DNA of 50,117 bases, counting the filler, from Bipalium vagum (lineage: Eukaryota), in the NCBI GenBank assembly GCA_037834085.1. It is 3 parts of 3 records of this genome, joined end to end, with 100 filler letters (N's around TTAATTAATTAA, not from the genome) between each part and the next. Parts side by side here need not be neighbours in the genome. Positions count along the whole stretch, not along the records: positions 1 to 17,878 come from JBBMKC010047932.1; 2 more parts are not named here. One strand, 5' to 3'. Below, one piece after another: positions 1-14,300 of the stretch (positions within the stretch are counted from its first letter, which is position 1; each line of letters opens with the position of its first letter). The translations under genes were made by a program, and so were the position numbers. The notes below the pieces were generated by a model. It made no database searches and was not told the origin of the DNA. It saw only the letters and a program-made list of their open reading frames with translations.

Positions 1-1067
1 CATAAATTAGTTGTCATTGACAATGTAACATGAAAATCGAGAAACCTTTAATAATATATTACACGAATTTTAAAAAAGTATTATTATTAATTCAAGTGAT
101 CCAAACTAATATTTAATAACATAACCATTGGAAGCAATAACAGCTGCACATCTGCTAGGCATATAGTCAAAAAGTTTAATCAAATTTTAAAAAAGAAATT
201 TTAATCCAACTTTTCTGTAAATTTCTAAATAAATCTTGTTTATTGGATATCTTTTTAACTCGGATGGTAAGATCAAGCTCCTCTCATAAATGCTCAATCA
301 GATTAAGGTCCGGACTCTGACTAGGCCACTTCATAACACGGATTTTGTTGTGTTCTAGCATTTGTTTAATAATGTTGGATGTGTGTTTGGGGTCGTTATC
401 CTGCTGTAATATCCAGCCTTCTTTCAGGGTTTCATGTGCAAATGGAATCATTGTATCCTTAATAATGATATCATATATTTGCATGTTCATGATGCCGTTT
501 ATTTAAATAAGAGGTCTGATTCTATCTCTCGAAAAACAACCCCACACCATGACATTTCCTCCACCGTATTTAATAGTAGGAACCTGATATCTTACATTAA
601 ATCTTTGGTTAACAAAAAGACGAACATATAGAATACCATCACTAGATAGCAAATTAAATTTACTTTTCTCACTCCAGAGCACCTTAGACCAATCTTGAAT
701 TGTCCAATCTTTATAACGGCTAGCAAATTTCAATCGGGCTATTCGATTTTTCTTAGATATAAAAGGTTTTTTGCTGGGACGTTTTGTAAATAGTCCAGCA
801 GATTGTAGACGTCTTTTTACAGTAGAAACACTGATTTTATTTGATGCGTTGGAATGACTTTGATTAATTTCTGTGACAATATCGACAGCAGTTTATGGTT
901 TTTTATTATTTAAAATTTTATAAATTTAAAATATTTTTTAGGGTTTATTTCTTTGCATATGTAGGAAGATTTTTAACAACAAAAATCTAACATAATTATC
1001 TAGGAACAACTAAATTTACTTATGAAAACTTAAAATCCGGGTGTCAACTAACTTTTGAGCGCTACTG
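1..1067 (-). mobile_element. Tc1-family (DD34E) DNA transposon, degenerate, internally deleted
   Basis: ORFs 503-733 (WSKVLWSEKSKFNL...PTIKYGGGNVMVWGCFS) and 284-490 (QQDNDPKHTS...WPSQSPDLNLIEHL; 34 residues D to E). TIR CAGTAGCGCTCAAAAGTTAGTTGACAC read from 1067 on minus, TA at 1068-1069. The window start CATAAATTAGTTGTCA matches the inner TIR at 13/16. Confidence 0.9.
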
Positions 1068-1954
1068 TATATAAACTACGAAAGGATTAAAATTGTACAG
1101 TTCTTAAATATAAGATTTGTATTAGACAAAAAAGTATTATAATTCCGTTGATTATATTTCTCAACATTTGAAATTTAAAGAAGATTTATATATTCCCATG
1201 GATTCAAGTATTTAAACAAGAAATTAAATCTTTCTTAACTGTACATGAAAAAAATAAAATATCTCTTATTATTTTTAGTCTAATGAAGATGGCAAGAGAT
1301 TATTAATAAATCTTTAAAAAGATTATGTTATAGACAACTTCACTCTTACAAGAGCAAGCAGAGGTTATTATCAGATAATACCCTTGTATTAACAAAATTT
1401 TGATCAAATTCCCGTACATTGGAATAATTTATGAACACATTTTATATTTTCAGAATATTTAATGTCTTTTTGCCTGTTTTAGGAAAGTTAATGATTTCAT
1501 ATTTCCAGAACGTCTTAAATATTAATATATCTTATTTTAGTGTCTTCATCCCAATTAAAACAGTCATTCTCGTAAAACTTTTCCTAATTAAAACAAAATT
1601 TATCACTCTGATTTGATCTGTCCAAAGGCTTTCTTAAAATCAAGCTGCAAAATATCATTAATATTTTCTAATGTTCTTTTTTGAAAACGGAAAGGAATAT
1701 TTTATGGATCAAATTAACATCCAATAAAATTTCATAAAACAATTAAAAACAACATTTAAATGTAAAATTTTAAAAAAGAGAAGACGCAAACCCTTTTTTT
1801 ATTAAAGTTAAATTATTTAATAAATTATAACAAAATTTAGCGTAAAGATAAATCAGCCTGTGTTTGTTACTATTAAGGTAACCCATTGATGGACAACAAA
1901 ATTCCTTATTAACCACTGGGGCAGAAATTTTTATTACAAAAATGAAAGCATGCC

Positions 1955-2660
1955 ATTATTTTTAAAAAATTATTTTGCTCATATAGCCATCTCGGCTGTT
2001 CTTGACAAACTCAAATCTGTAGATTCAGATTTTACACACTTTCCAGAATTTCTTCTAGTAAATTCTTTATGACTTCAGAAATGCTTACTTCGTGCTCTGT
2101 AGATATAATGGAACAAATGTTTCCTTTGGATTTTTCTCACTCCAGAATCGAAACTTTTGCTTGTTAATAAATCCAAGGAGGCTGAAGTGATCCTCATAAG
2201 TGAAAATAATTTTGTGATAAAACGATGGATCTTTTCTCAATCTATCCAGATCTCAATCTGCGAACTTAAGACGCATACTACGATCTTCAATTTTTTATTC
2301 TTATATTAGCTGGATTTTATATGGTTGTATGCTTAGATCTTTATGCAAAAATTTGCCACGTAGTTGATGGACAGAAGCATAACTGAAAAATCTTAGATTT
2401 TGATCTTCATCAGCACTGTTCCTTAGAATTGATATTGACTCTATGGTGCGGATTTTTCATCAACGTGTTAGTGATTTGACATCGTGAAGAGTATAAATCG
2501 TACGAAATTTATCTATAATTCCACCAATGGCATGCTCTGATGGTGATCATGTCGGCCATAAAATTGACGTAGTTTTCGATGAGTTTCACGAAATGATGAA
2601 TTATTTTCAAAGTATACTTTCAAAATATGATAATATTGATCAATATTTAAATGATTCATT
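1955..2660 (-). mobile_element. rosa/DD41D-type Tc1/mariner transposase relic
   Basis: Minus-strand fragments SSFRETHRKLRQFYGRH (HTH), DPSFYHKIIFTYEDHFSLLGFINKQKFRFWSEKNP (cf. FSDEAHF..G.VNKQNCR.W) and a C-terminal SRDGYMSKIIF-like motif; many stops and frameshifts. Confidence 0.7.
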
Positions 2661-5600
2661 ATTAAATGTTAAATATTAATGAATTAAAAAAGCAATACCA
2701 CTTTTAAATTTGATTTATTTTGGATAGAAATCCTTCTCGAAAGTTGTTATCTGTGGAAAAAAGCAACCTATACTTTGTTATGTTTATTAAATCCAGTTTC
2801 CTTGTCAGTGTGTTCTCTGATTAATTAAAAATACTATTTATAAAAAAAAATAATCACAATAATTTTAACCAACCAAAATTTAATTATTTTAATTAAAAAT
2901 TATACTATCATTTAATGGATTACAATTTTTGGTCTCAAATATTAATTACTGAAAAACTGAAAAAAATCGTAACATGTTTCACAGTAATGAATCGTTTTTT
3001 GTAAATTGATAAAAATCGTTTACTCGAAAAATAGATTGATTATGTTCAAATGATTAAAATTCGCTATTAATTAATATTTTTTTCTACAGTGAGTGAAACA
3101 AAACAACAATTTCAATCAAAAAAAATTATGCAAAAATAACAATTTTGATTATTTTATGAGAAAAGAGTCTCCAAGATCGCTTTATGAAGAAAAGACGTTT
3201 AGAAATCGGTTAGAGATAAATATAAAAATGTTATGAAACATTCTTAATTGTAAAAAAAAAGAAGTGTGTCATTATTCATTATTTATATTATATAAATAAA
3301 AGTGCTGCTTAATATTATCGAAGACTATTGAGAACTGCCAAATATTGTTTTGTAATAAATATCGCCATTTTTCTATACGTCATTCTTTATTTATTTTTAT
3401 ATTTTTTGCCATTTCAATTGATTGCTTTAACAAAATCTGGTAAAAAATTCGAGTTTGAGACAGGAGAAAATATTATTGGTATTTTTTAATTTAAAAGAAT
3501 ATTTAATTAATTTCTACTGCCAAAATAATGCCTGGAGTAAATAGACAGAATGTCTAAATTTGCTCAAAATGATCAGATCTAAAAGTAATTTGATCTTTAT
3601 ATTCAATTTTTTGATTTTGCTTAAAAATTTAATTCCAGAGATAAAGTTTTTTTACAAAATATATATGTTGAAAATATACTTTGATTTTTGACCATTAAAT
3701 AGGTTAACACAGGATATTCATTTTTATAAAATGAGTATCCTTGAATTTCCAAATATAAAATCGATTGAAATTTGATACAACTGTCATATTAATAAGTTGT
3801 TTTATTTTCTGGAAATCCTGAAACTTTGTCACTTAATAGAATTACCACTCTGCGACCTATCAAGACTGGTAGTATATAACACTAGAAAATCTGCAGCATT
3901 TGTTATTTTGGTCAGCCGGATCCGATCATTTGGGCGGGAGCTGTCAATGTTCTTGGTATGAGGGATAGACAATCCTGTTAATACTATATAGTAGTCTTTG
4001 GACTCTCATAGCTTCGTGATCGATTGTCCGATCTGAATTACTAGGTATTAAATTAATAGGCCTTGATATCCTGCTTCGATTGATGTACTGGACCGGTATG
4101 TATCTGTAACGGATCTAAATTATTTAAATTTTCTCATCTGATACATTAATAATTACATATAAGTAAAACGAATTAAAATTCCCTTATTTTGATCAAGGGT
4201 TTATATCTTTTTTTCAAAACAACTCTGATATGAAAGAGGTTTTTTAACCCTACCAAGTTGTCTTTTTGATGTCTTCATAAGTTTAAGGTCTTTAAATCAT
4301 AATTCTGATTAGATGTTCGAACAAATCGGTCTCTTCAGATCACAAAAAATAACAAATCAGATCGTACTATATCGATAACTTGTAATCATGGTCACTCATT
4401 GTCTTGGTTTAAGATAATTTAATCTGTTAACTTCAGATGACATATGTTTGGTTAATGTTTCACCACATTTTTTATTTACTCTTATATTGTATTCTTGGTT
4501 GATAAATCTTCTCCCTCCTACATTTTCTGACATTTTCTAATGTAGCTGACACCAAAAACTATTTTTGGATTTTTGAACCCCTAATTTCTTCTCATTAATA
4601 AAAAAAATCTTTAATTTTTTCGGTTTATGACTGTCAGTTTCCATAACGCATATATTACATAAAGATCTATTAATAAAATAATTAAAAATAAACACAAATG
4701 TTTAATGACCTTTGAACATTAATTAAAACAAATTTGTATCTCTTTATTTTAAAGAAAATTTATAGGGACGTATTGGATGAGAGATTAATTAAGTCTTATC
4801 ATCAAAGGTGAATTTTCTTATTAAAGACGTCTGAATCTAAAGCAAAAATCCTAGATACACTCAAAGAATGTCCTTCACAGTAAGAGAGAGAACTTTTGAT
4901 GAATATTTTCAAAATTTTATATTATCACAAAGAAAAATTTTTCTAAAATAATGAATTATTTTAAAACGTCATAAATTTCTTCGTTTTTTACTTTTAAATT
5001 AAAAATAAATAAAATAAAAATAGTTAAAATAAATGTTAAAAATAAAATAGTTATTTCTGTAAATAATAATATCACTATAAAATTATTAATGTTTTTTTGT
5101 TTTATTATTGTGATTACTTCAGTAGCAGATCTAATTTCGATTCAATTTCTTATTTACTCAAAGAGAATTTTTTAAGATAAATATTGAAATAAAATGCCAA
5201 ATAATGGAATTGTCATATTATTCTCTGGTAATTTAATATTATAAATCTGGGGTTTGTAGAGATAAATTTAATTAACTTAAATTTCCGTTGATTACATCTG
5301 TAGTTTAATTAAACAAAAATATTAAAAATAATAATTTTAAAAAAGAGAACATTAATATTTCTTGGTGATTTTTTTCCCAAGATTTTTTTTCCCTTATATC
5401 GATTTTGAGTTTTTTCATAAATTTTAATGTTGCACAGTAATTTGATTTCCTTTTACTAAATCGTTTATTTAGGTTTTGTTTTTAAAATAATATTTTTCTT
5501 TAATGATTATGATTATTCTTATAAAAATGTACTGACATTTTTCTGTATCAGCAGAATATTTTATTGATCATTCAAATTTATATGGAATTCCAACTAGACT

Positions 5601-5671
5601 TCATTCGATAATAAGTAAGAATAACCAATAAGATTTCCAATAACAAAATCATTAAAGCAAAGTAGTATATA

Positions 5672-6260
5672 TTAGGTTTAGTAGTTAATTTAGCGGATTT
5701 TTTAAAATGTAAATATTTATTTCATATATATAAATATATTTAATGATTTTTTATCATTTTAGTAATTGTTTTAATCAAGTTTTTTGAAGGTAAAATTTAA
5801 ATTTTTAAAATATTTAATAATATAGATGTCAATATGAGCCAATGAAAGAACGTTTGCGGCATTCTATGTTATTATTATTCAATTTAAAGAAAACTTCTGC
5901 AAAAAGCTGTGTCTTAATTTGAGAAGCTTATGATGATCATGCTACATCGGCACACACTTGCGAACGCTGGTTTAATCGATTCAGAACAGGCGATTATGAT
6001 CTCAAAGATAGGGAACGCCCAGGTCAACCAAAATATTTAAAGATTTAAATTTAAATCATATTTTGGATCGATGAATGGATTTTGTCTAAAGAAAATTTCT
6101 TTTACAATGGCATTCACAACTTACCAGAAATTTGGACCAATGTTATAGCTAACGATGGGAAATATGTATAATATAGTTTATAACATAATTATGTGTTGTC
6201 TTTAAAATAAATACATTTTGTTTTTTAAAAAAATTCAACAGAATTAACTGCTACACAAAA
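5672..6260 (+). mobile_element. mariner (Mos1/mauritiana-like) internal-deletion derivative with both TIRs
   Basis: N-terminus KERLRHSMLLLFNLKKTSA..HTCERWFNRFRTGDYDLKDRERPGQP joined to C-terminus FFYNGIHNLPEIWTNVIANDGKY. Imperfect TIRs TTAGGTTTAGTAGTTAATT and AATTAACTGCTACACAAAA, each flanked by TA. Confidence 0.8.
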
Positions 6261-6415
6261 TATCTATCTTGTGACAAATTGACACAATCTGTGATGGTCA
6301 TCACATCAAGGGAAATTAAAATATAATTCCAAAGAAAGATGATACAGTTAAAATTATTTCAATTATTATTATTTATATAATAGTTACAAAACTAACTTTT
6401 ATTTTTGAAATAATT

Positions 6416-6622
6416 TTATTTCGAATGTACATTAAACTCCACTTCATAAAAGCATATTTTCTTAGAGATTCCCCGTATTACAAGCGGGCGAGGCGACTTA
6501 TTCGTTGTTAACAAGCAAATATAAAACGAATAATTATACAATGAATATGGTGTGAAGAAAAAGTCCTTAGACTCGTACAGAAATAACATTAAGAAGTTCA
6601 TAAAATTTTCTATATAAAACAA
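6416..6622 (-). mobile_element. Possible Jockey/I-type LINE ORF1 fragment
   Basis: SFYICLLTTNKSPRPLVIRGISK resembles the FYTY...RP.KVVIRGL motif of Jockey-clade ORF1 proteins; short and isolated. Confidence 0.3.
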
Positions 6623-6799
6623 TTAATATATTTGGTGGCATAACATGTTTTACCATTTTCAGCCATGCTGATGTACTGTGAATGACAGACAATAAATCAA
6701 TTTGAAATCGATTTAGATAAATCTATTAGTAAAAATCAAATCCTTTAAATAATGACAAAAAATTATAAATATACTTTGTTTATCCGAATTAAAAGATGT

Positions 6800-7070
6800 A
6801 GCAAAAAATCAAAATAAAGAAATCCGATACGTCATTAAATTTAGTTTCCTGAAAATGAAAAATGCCATCTAAACTTTATTTTTTAAGAAAAAATGTCGTT
6901 TATGAGCATGATGCCTTATTTCGCCATCACAACTTTGAGTTGAAAGATGCACTCAGTCTGGCCTATGAATTACAGATAAAAACTAGGAAATCATAAAAAT
7001 AATCAAGCAAAACTGTCACGTAATGAGTCATAAAATTATTAATGATCTAGAAATTTTTTAAATAGATTGC
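6800..7070 (+). mobile_element. mariner N-terminal fragment
   Basis: QNKEIRYVIKFSFLKMKNA followed by degenerate mariner HTH sequence. Confidence 0.45.
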
Positions 7071-7682
7071 ATAATCTGTTGATCCTAACGCTCTACAGCA
7101 TGCTCTGTGCAGTCGTCCTTCTTAAGTTAGCTCTAGTAGACAGAACACTCTGGGTAGTCCGTCTTTCCTCTTTCACACAAAATTTTCCAATTTATCCTCT
7201 CTGATTTCGAATGGTCGTCTTTATGAATTTCTTAATTTTATTTCTGTACACTTATGGATCTATTAATTTATGAATTAATAAAGTGTATTTATTTCATATA
7301 AAAAGTTGAGTATTGAAATAAAAATGCTGGGTAAAGAAATTGGTCGACTTAAACTAATTTTAAAAAATTTCTAAAAAATGCACAGATAAATTAAATAATT
7401 TTTGCTGAATTTAATTATGCAAAGTTTGGATATTTTGAAATTAAAATTATTGGTCTTTTATGAGGAAATTGTTAAATCTGACTGAATGAAATGACTTAAT
7501 CAGTCTAATTATGAAAGCTGAATTTCTTAACCTATGGTAATTTATACACCCATATTTGGAGACTAATAATATACATTCGTTACTGAACTCTGAGTGAATA
7601 ATTCTTCTTAAAAAAATTTTGAATAAGGAGAGAATAATTTTTTAAAATTTATTGGAAGGAAAATGTAGCTTCTCAATTTTTC

Positions 7683-7776
7683 TTATTATTCTTATTCTTA
7701 TTATTATTATTATTATTATTATTAATATTAATATTATAATTATTATTATTATTAAATATTATTATTATTATTATTA
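7683..7776. repeat. (TTA)n microsatellite, imperfect
   Basis: Seen directly. Confidence 0.9.
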
Positions 7777-7991
7777 AAAGCTTCGTGTTATCGAAAATAT
7801 ACTAAATATATTTATCTTTACCATTTTATTAAAAGAAAGGATTATCGTGGTATAAATTTATTATATTCATTTACCAGACATTTTAGAACATAATAATAAA
7901 TAAGTTAAAAACAAAATGTAAAACAATAAAAATATAGAAGACAAGTCATTTTTATCAATAAGAACTCAATTTCTGAAACTTTAAACTCAAA

Positions 7992-8236
7992 TTAAGATAT
8001 TTGATCACAAGATTTTGTTCCGAATGTCTTTTTAAACAATCTTCCTAATGCTCGACCTGTTGTTATCAATTGTGATTCTCTCCTTTTATATATTTCCAGT
8101 TTGGGACTCTCTGATTTTCTGTGTGATTTGAGGACGTCCATTATTATTTTACATAATAATTCATCAACTTTGTGATTAAGAGCTGTTGAGATCTCAAAGA
8201 AATGACACCGGTGCAGTTTGGATAATTGTTTACAAA
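7992..8236 (-). CDS. Rgk: RGK-family (Rad/Rem/Gem/Kir) small GTPase, terminal exon
   Basis: Acceptor TTTTCATTCAG at 8237-8238. Encodes CHFFEISTALNHKVDELL (G5, cf. CKFIETSAALHHNVDEL), RRES, basic GRALGRLFKK and KSCDQIS* (cf. RGK C-terminal KSCHDLSVL). Confidence 0.8.
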
Positions 8237-8889
8237 CTGAATGAAAATATTGTATTTTCACTAATGTGACAAGTCTTACAAAGATTCATAATAAATTTAT
8301 ACAAGTGAAAATATTTCAAGGTTAATTATGTATTCATAAAATATTGAAAAAAATTATCTTAGATACATTAGATTGGTTTTTGACATTTTCGAGGATATTC
8401 ATGACGATCCAATCACTGAGCAGATCGTAGTCGGTTATCTTACAACATTCATTTCTTTTCAATCTGCTATTGTTATTTAAATAATAATAAATTATTATAA
8501 TAATTATTATACAACATTTATTTATAATAATTACAATAAATAAGTACTTATTATTATTAAATTTGTTATTAAATTAAATCTCATTTTTATTTTAAAATTT
8601 ATATGCTTTTTAATGAAATTATTTAGAAAAAAATGAAAACAAAATTATTATATTTTTAAAAATTTTATTTGGGCTAGGTTTTATATTTATTTATTTTTAC
8701 CTACATTTTTAAATATCCTTACCCTCAATATTTAGTTTTCTTGAAAATAAATTTTTTATTTAATCTTAATTAATTTAAATGTAATTAAGATAAATATAAA
8801 ATTATGATTTAAATTCTGAAAATCATTTTAATTGATTATATATAAGAAGCGGAAATCAGATCATGTGGATTTTTAATTTTAAAATCATT

Positions 8890-9355
8890 GTGATATTATA
8901 ATGTATATTTTTTCACATCGTGGATGATTTAATGGATTGAGCATCATTTTAGCGACTACTTCATCAATTGTTATCCTCCTGTTTTCACATAAGATGTGAT
9001 CAATTTCGGAAATTTTTTCTGATGTTTCTGGAATTTCCGATGCCATTCATATACCTTTTGAAGTGATAAACAGGAATCACCATACTTTGATAACATTCTG
9101 CTAATAATATTAGCAGGAATTTAGTCTTCACTGCAAAAAAAACGAATTATTGCACACATCTCTTTTTTGGTATATTCAGCTAGAGATCGCATAAGCTTTT
9201 TAATGCGATTTTTAAAATAAATGCGAATATTAATCATGGGTATGAGTGTCTTATTTATTGTTAATGTGTCTACTTATAAAAAAAGTATATTAAATCTTTA
9301 CAAAATTTGTTTTATTTATACAGGTAATTTAAGGTTACTTTTTGACTGACTCTCG
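8890..9355 (-). mobile_element. mariner (irritans-like) 5' fragment with TIR
   Basis: EMCAIIRFFCSE..PANIISRMLSKYGDSCLSLQKVYEW; TIR CGAGAGTCAGTCAAAAAGTAACC from 9355, TA at 9356-9357. Confidence 0.7.
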
Positions 9356-10181
9356 TATTATTTTTATTTATAGTAATATAGTATTTCCTTGGTTTGACAA
9401 CAGCTGTTTGAATATTTCGGATTGTGTTGAGAGATTATAAGTTATTACTTCTGTTTTATAAAGCGAATTAAGAATATATATTAGTCCACTACCAAAGATC
9501 AATTTGATCAATGTCGATTCTTTTCGATAGCCAGTGGGAGTATATGGGGATTAATTATTGGAATTAATACCAGAATTAATCTCCATTTTGTATTTGGATT
9601 TTATGCAGAATCGTTAGGATTTGTCTGCAAGATTTTTTATTTAAAGAAAATCTGTCTGTATGGGACATTTACTTTTGATTTGGAATTTGTTTATAAACGT
9701 GAATTGTTAAAGCAAATGGGAAATTATACAAAATAAATATCATCGTCATCACACTATGGTATACATGAAGCTGTCTTGAGTGTTTCAATAAGATAGAAAT
9801 ATATTCTGTCTCTAGGTTTATATATGATTGTCAAAAATCTGTACATTCGCTGCATACACAAGGCTTAAAATAGAAGCCAGTTATAATAAAAGGGTTTTAA
9901 TTCAACAAGTTCTTTAACCTCCTTTTTTAATTAGAAATAATTTTTATAATTTTTGAGATTTAGATTTTCTTCTCCTTATATAGTGTTAGACTCAAAATAA
10001 CAAGATCTTTGGTAATATTTTATTGCCTAACTAGTCTTAAGAAAGGAAGTTTAGTTCGAATTAGACCTGAAAGTATCAAGGAAATTTTTGTCAGAAAGGT
10101 AACATTGGTTGATGCTCTGTTTCATTCTCACGGGAAATGAGATCTTAGCTCTAGAAAATCATTAATTGGCTGCCGTTTGTT

Positions 10182-11322
10182 TTAAGGGGTACAAATAAAT
10201 AATGAGGATTTATTTAAAATAGATTTAGTGAGATATCGAAATATAATTGTCAATTGAAATATAAATCAAATTGTTTAATTAATTTAATTAATGGGGTGAT
10301 CATTAAAATTTTCATAATATGTCATTAATTTCAAAATTTCTAGATCTAAATATGTCAATATTTACGCCAAGCGAAGAACACTTGCGGGAAGTTCTCATTC
10401 ATTACTTCAAGATGAACAAAACTGCTGCAGAAAGCTGCGGGATATTATGCGATGTTTATGGAAAACATGCAGTATCTGAGGATACATGCGAGCGTTGGTT
10501 TCACTGCTTCAGAAGTATTGATTTCAATGTAAAGGATAAAGAACGCGATTTACAAAATTTATTGAATGAAGATGCCTGTCAATCGACAAATCAAAAATAA
10601 AATTTTAAAGGAAGGAAAATGGGTGCCTCATCAATTGAATGAAAGACAACTAGAAAATCGAAAAGTCGTCAGTGACATGCTCTTCCAACAACTATTGACA
10701 GGAAATGAATAGTGGATCTGTTTTGAAAATCCCAAACGTACGAAAGCATGGGTTAACCTAGGTCAACCATCAAAGATAACTGCAACACCAGACCACTTCG
10801 GAAAAAAAAACAGTGCTCTAAGTTTGGTGGGATCAGCAAGGCGTGATCTAACATGGGCTTCTCAACCAGGTGAAAATTTTTATTCAGAGAGATATTAAAA
10901 CCAAATAGCCAAAACCTGAATCAGTTTTTAATAGTTAAATGTCCAGAATGGGAAAAATAAACATGGTAAAGTAATTTTTCTACATGAAAATACAACGCCT
11001 CTCACTTCTACAGCAGTTAAAAGCATGTTAAAAGATATGAAATGGGAAGTACTCACCCGCTCATGGTAATCTCCTTCCGATTTTCACCTGTTTCGTTCAA
11101 GGGTACATGGACTTGCTGATCAGCACTTCAAATCGTACGAAGATGTCCAAAATTGGGTATCTTGATGGTTCTTTTGAGATGGCATCTATAAATTTACTGA
11201 AAGATGGAAGAATGTGTGGATAACAATGGCCATTATTTTGAATAAATTATTTTTTATTTTTGTTTCGAAATTACCATGCTTCGGTTATTAAAAAAATCCC
11301 CATTATTTATTTGTAGCCATAA
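10182..11322 (+). mobile_element. Near full-length degenerate mariner (mauritiana-like, DD34D)
   Basis: ORF 10319-10600 (HLREVLIHYFKMNKTAAES..TCERWF), then KWVPHQL, TGNE*WI, LHENTTP, SPSDFHLF with stops and frameshifts. TIRs GGGGTACAAATAAATAATGAGGATT and AATCCCCATTATTTATTTGTAGCC. Confidence 0.9.
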
Positions 11323-14300
11323 TATACATCTGAAATATATACAAACAAATTTATTTAATTGAAACGTTGAATTTTTTGTACTCAACAATTTAATGTATCA
11401 GACTGTATATTCGTGAAGAGATAAGAAGCATAGTTATTCAATATGTTAAATAATATTGAAAAAGGAAAACGTTCGTTGGTAATTATCATGGCAATTATGA
11501 TCTCGAGTTTGTCGTTATGACCGAGATCCGTCGAACTCAGCCGACTGTGAGTCTCTCATTAAGAGACTCATCGTTAGTCCAGGAACATAGAAGATTATAC
11601 AATCGGTTAGACCTTTTCTTAACTTTTCCTTTTATTTATTTATCCTTTTATTACATTGTATTTCATTTGCGTTATTATTATTTAATTGATTTTTTTTGTT
11701 TTTCAACAATTAAACTATGGTAAGGGTTGAAAAATAATATTAAATAATAATAAAATAATAAATATTACAATAAATAGCAAACATAAAATTATCATATATT
11801 TTTCATAAACTGAGATTATCGACCATTCCGGGAAGAATTTTGAATTTACGAGTTGTAAAATTAGCATCTGTAATCCTAAAATATTTTTTAATTACTGAAT
11901 CAAACAAAAAACATTGCTAGTTTTAATTTTTGGGTTGAGATTTGATCGTCGATGTTTTGTTTTTGGCGATTTAATGAAGCTTTATACTTTTAAATTTGCT
12001 TATTTTGTTGCGAACTCAATTATTAGATTTAAGAGTCAGGTAATTACTTGTTCAGTTAATACTGAAATATTAACAGATTCATTAATGGTTTCTATTTGAT
12101 CTTCAAATTGTGTTATTGATGAACTTAATATTATCATTTAACTATTATTTTGTAGAGTGCGAGTCAGCTGGTCTTTATATCAGTAGTATGATTTCTTTCT
12201 TTTGAGGATATCAATTAGAGTGTGGGGAATGTGTGATTACTCTGATAATTTTAGAATGCAAGGTTGATAAACATAAATAATCTTCAGAATCAGAATTACA
12301 TTAAAAAAGCATTAAACGATAGAAAACACTGTTATCAATAAAAATCAAATATTTTGAAAAAACCGAATTCAAGGAACAGGTGAGAATTTAGGATCATAGG
12401 AAAAATGACATCTGTTTTACTTTTTGTGAAATGAAATTATGAAGCATTTTATGTTGTTAGTAAAATATATTAGTTTTAATTCTTGTTGCGTATATAAAAA
12501 TAAAATTAATCTATAATAAGGATAAACAATAACCTTTTCAAAAATCAGTAAATAAGTAAAATGAATTGAACCACTTTGTTTGTTATGGAGAAAGTATGAA
12601 TGAGTGATTCAGAATAGAACCCATATTAAAGTATTAAAGGACATCAAAATAATAGACAGTGAAATAAATAGACGGAAAAGTATATGGAATTATGGAGGTT
12701 ATCACTATTATTATTACAATTAGCATAATTATTTTTTAAAATCTAGTTTTGTTTCATAATAACAAATAAGCGAATAATATGTAAGTCTAGAACTTTTATT
12801 TAATCGATATACACAAAATCTACAGCATAGTTTTTCAACAACTTATCAATCTATTTCTTAAATTTTCAAAAATTATCTAAGCATATTCTCTTCAAATATA
12901 TAACAAGCTCCCAATCCAAGAAATAACACTGTGAAAAGAAAAGAAAATACAATAAAATAAGAAATTACTAAGAACAGATTATCATTAGTTAAAGCCGAAA
13001 TTACACAATGACGACTTCAAAGACGTACAACAGTTGACTACCCGGGTTTGTTGAAAAATCCACAAGCAATCAAGTCGATAGGAGTCCGAATACAATTCTT
13101 GCAGAAAAGATCATATGAATTACTAACCTTAAAAAAAATCAACAATAACCAATTCATTCTTTTCCGAAATTGTTAAATCAGAATTAACAATAGCAATTTA
13201 ATTTTTTTCTCTGCTCATCTTCAGTGGTGACAGCCGTATATTTATTTTGATATTATGAATAAATTTTAAATGTCTTAAAAATATGTTTAAAAGTTTTAAT
13301 TAAATGAAATCTAAGAAATTTATTGGAATTAAGTTTTCCAATTAAAAATTATATTAAAAATCAATTTAATATTTTTTATAAATAGAAATCGACAAAGTTA
13401 ATAGAAAAATGTTTGGTAATTAGATAATTAATATTTTAAAAGCTCTGTTTATTGAAATTGTTATATTGTAATATTTTTTCAGGCTTGTATCCGAACAGAA
13501 ACAAAATAAAAATTGCTCGGTATTGACATTCAATTAATCAATTATAAGTCATTCATTTAGTTTACCCATAGAAAAATGTTACAGTATAATATTTTTTACT
13601 CTACATTAACTCAATAATTTAATAAATAAATAATTTTAATATTTAAGTATGATCAATAGACCTATATCCATAAAGTGCGAATAATCATTAATAATGTGCA
13701 CGATTCTTAAACTTGGAACCTATCAATATCATTGTTTTTAAAAGAGATTTTTTATTAATTTCTGAAAACTAATTGAAAACATTTGAACCTGGTGATATGT
13801 ATTTAAATGAAAAAAATTTTATAAATATAATTTTTACGTTCAACACCATTATGATAATATCAGAAATTTTATTGGTTAAATATGAAAATTAATATTTATT
13901 TATTTTTCTTAACCACCGAAGTCATCTTAAATATATTAAATATATTAGCAACTAATTTAAGAGTAAATTATAATTATGTAACATTAACTTTCATATCAAT
14001 TTAAAAAATTGATTTTTATTTATAATATTGAATATAAATACGAATATGAATATTTTATTAATTAATTCTGTGAATCAAAGATAAATTTCGATTAATTATT
14101 AATGTTAACTTTTAATTAATAATAATAATAATAATTTAATTTTTTATTATTATTTTTCTCACATCGGTTTCAAAACAATCAAACCGAAAATCGTTAATTT
14201 TAATACACTGATTATTTGCGTAATTCATCTATAAAATCCTTCAATGATTTTTTTCAGAGTTATAAAAAATATTTAGAATAGAACATAAAAATAAGATGTG

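Noticed and set aside
3830-4140. GC-richer patch as an ncRNA or solo LTR
   Set aside because: No TG..CA/TSD boundaries, second copy or recognisable RNA motif.
4305-4345. Minus-strand CTGAAGA..GTTCGAAC hammerhead-like string
   Set aside because: GAAA incomplete and stem II mispaired; no Penelope context.
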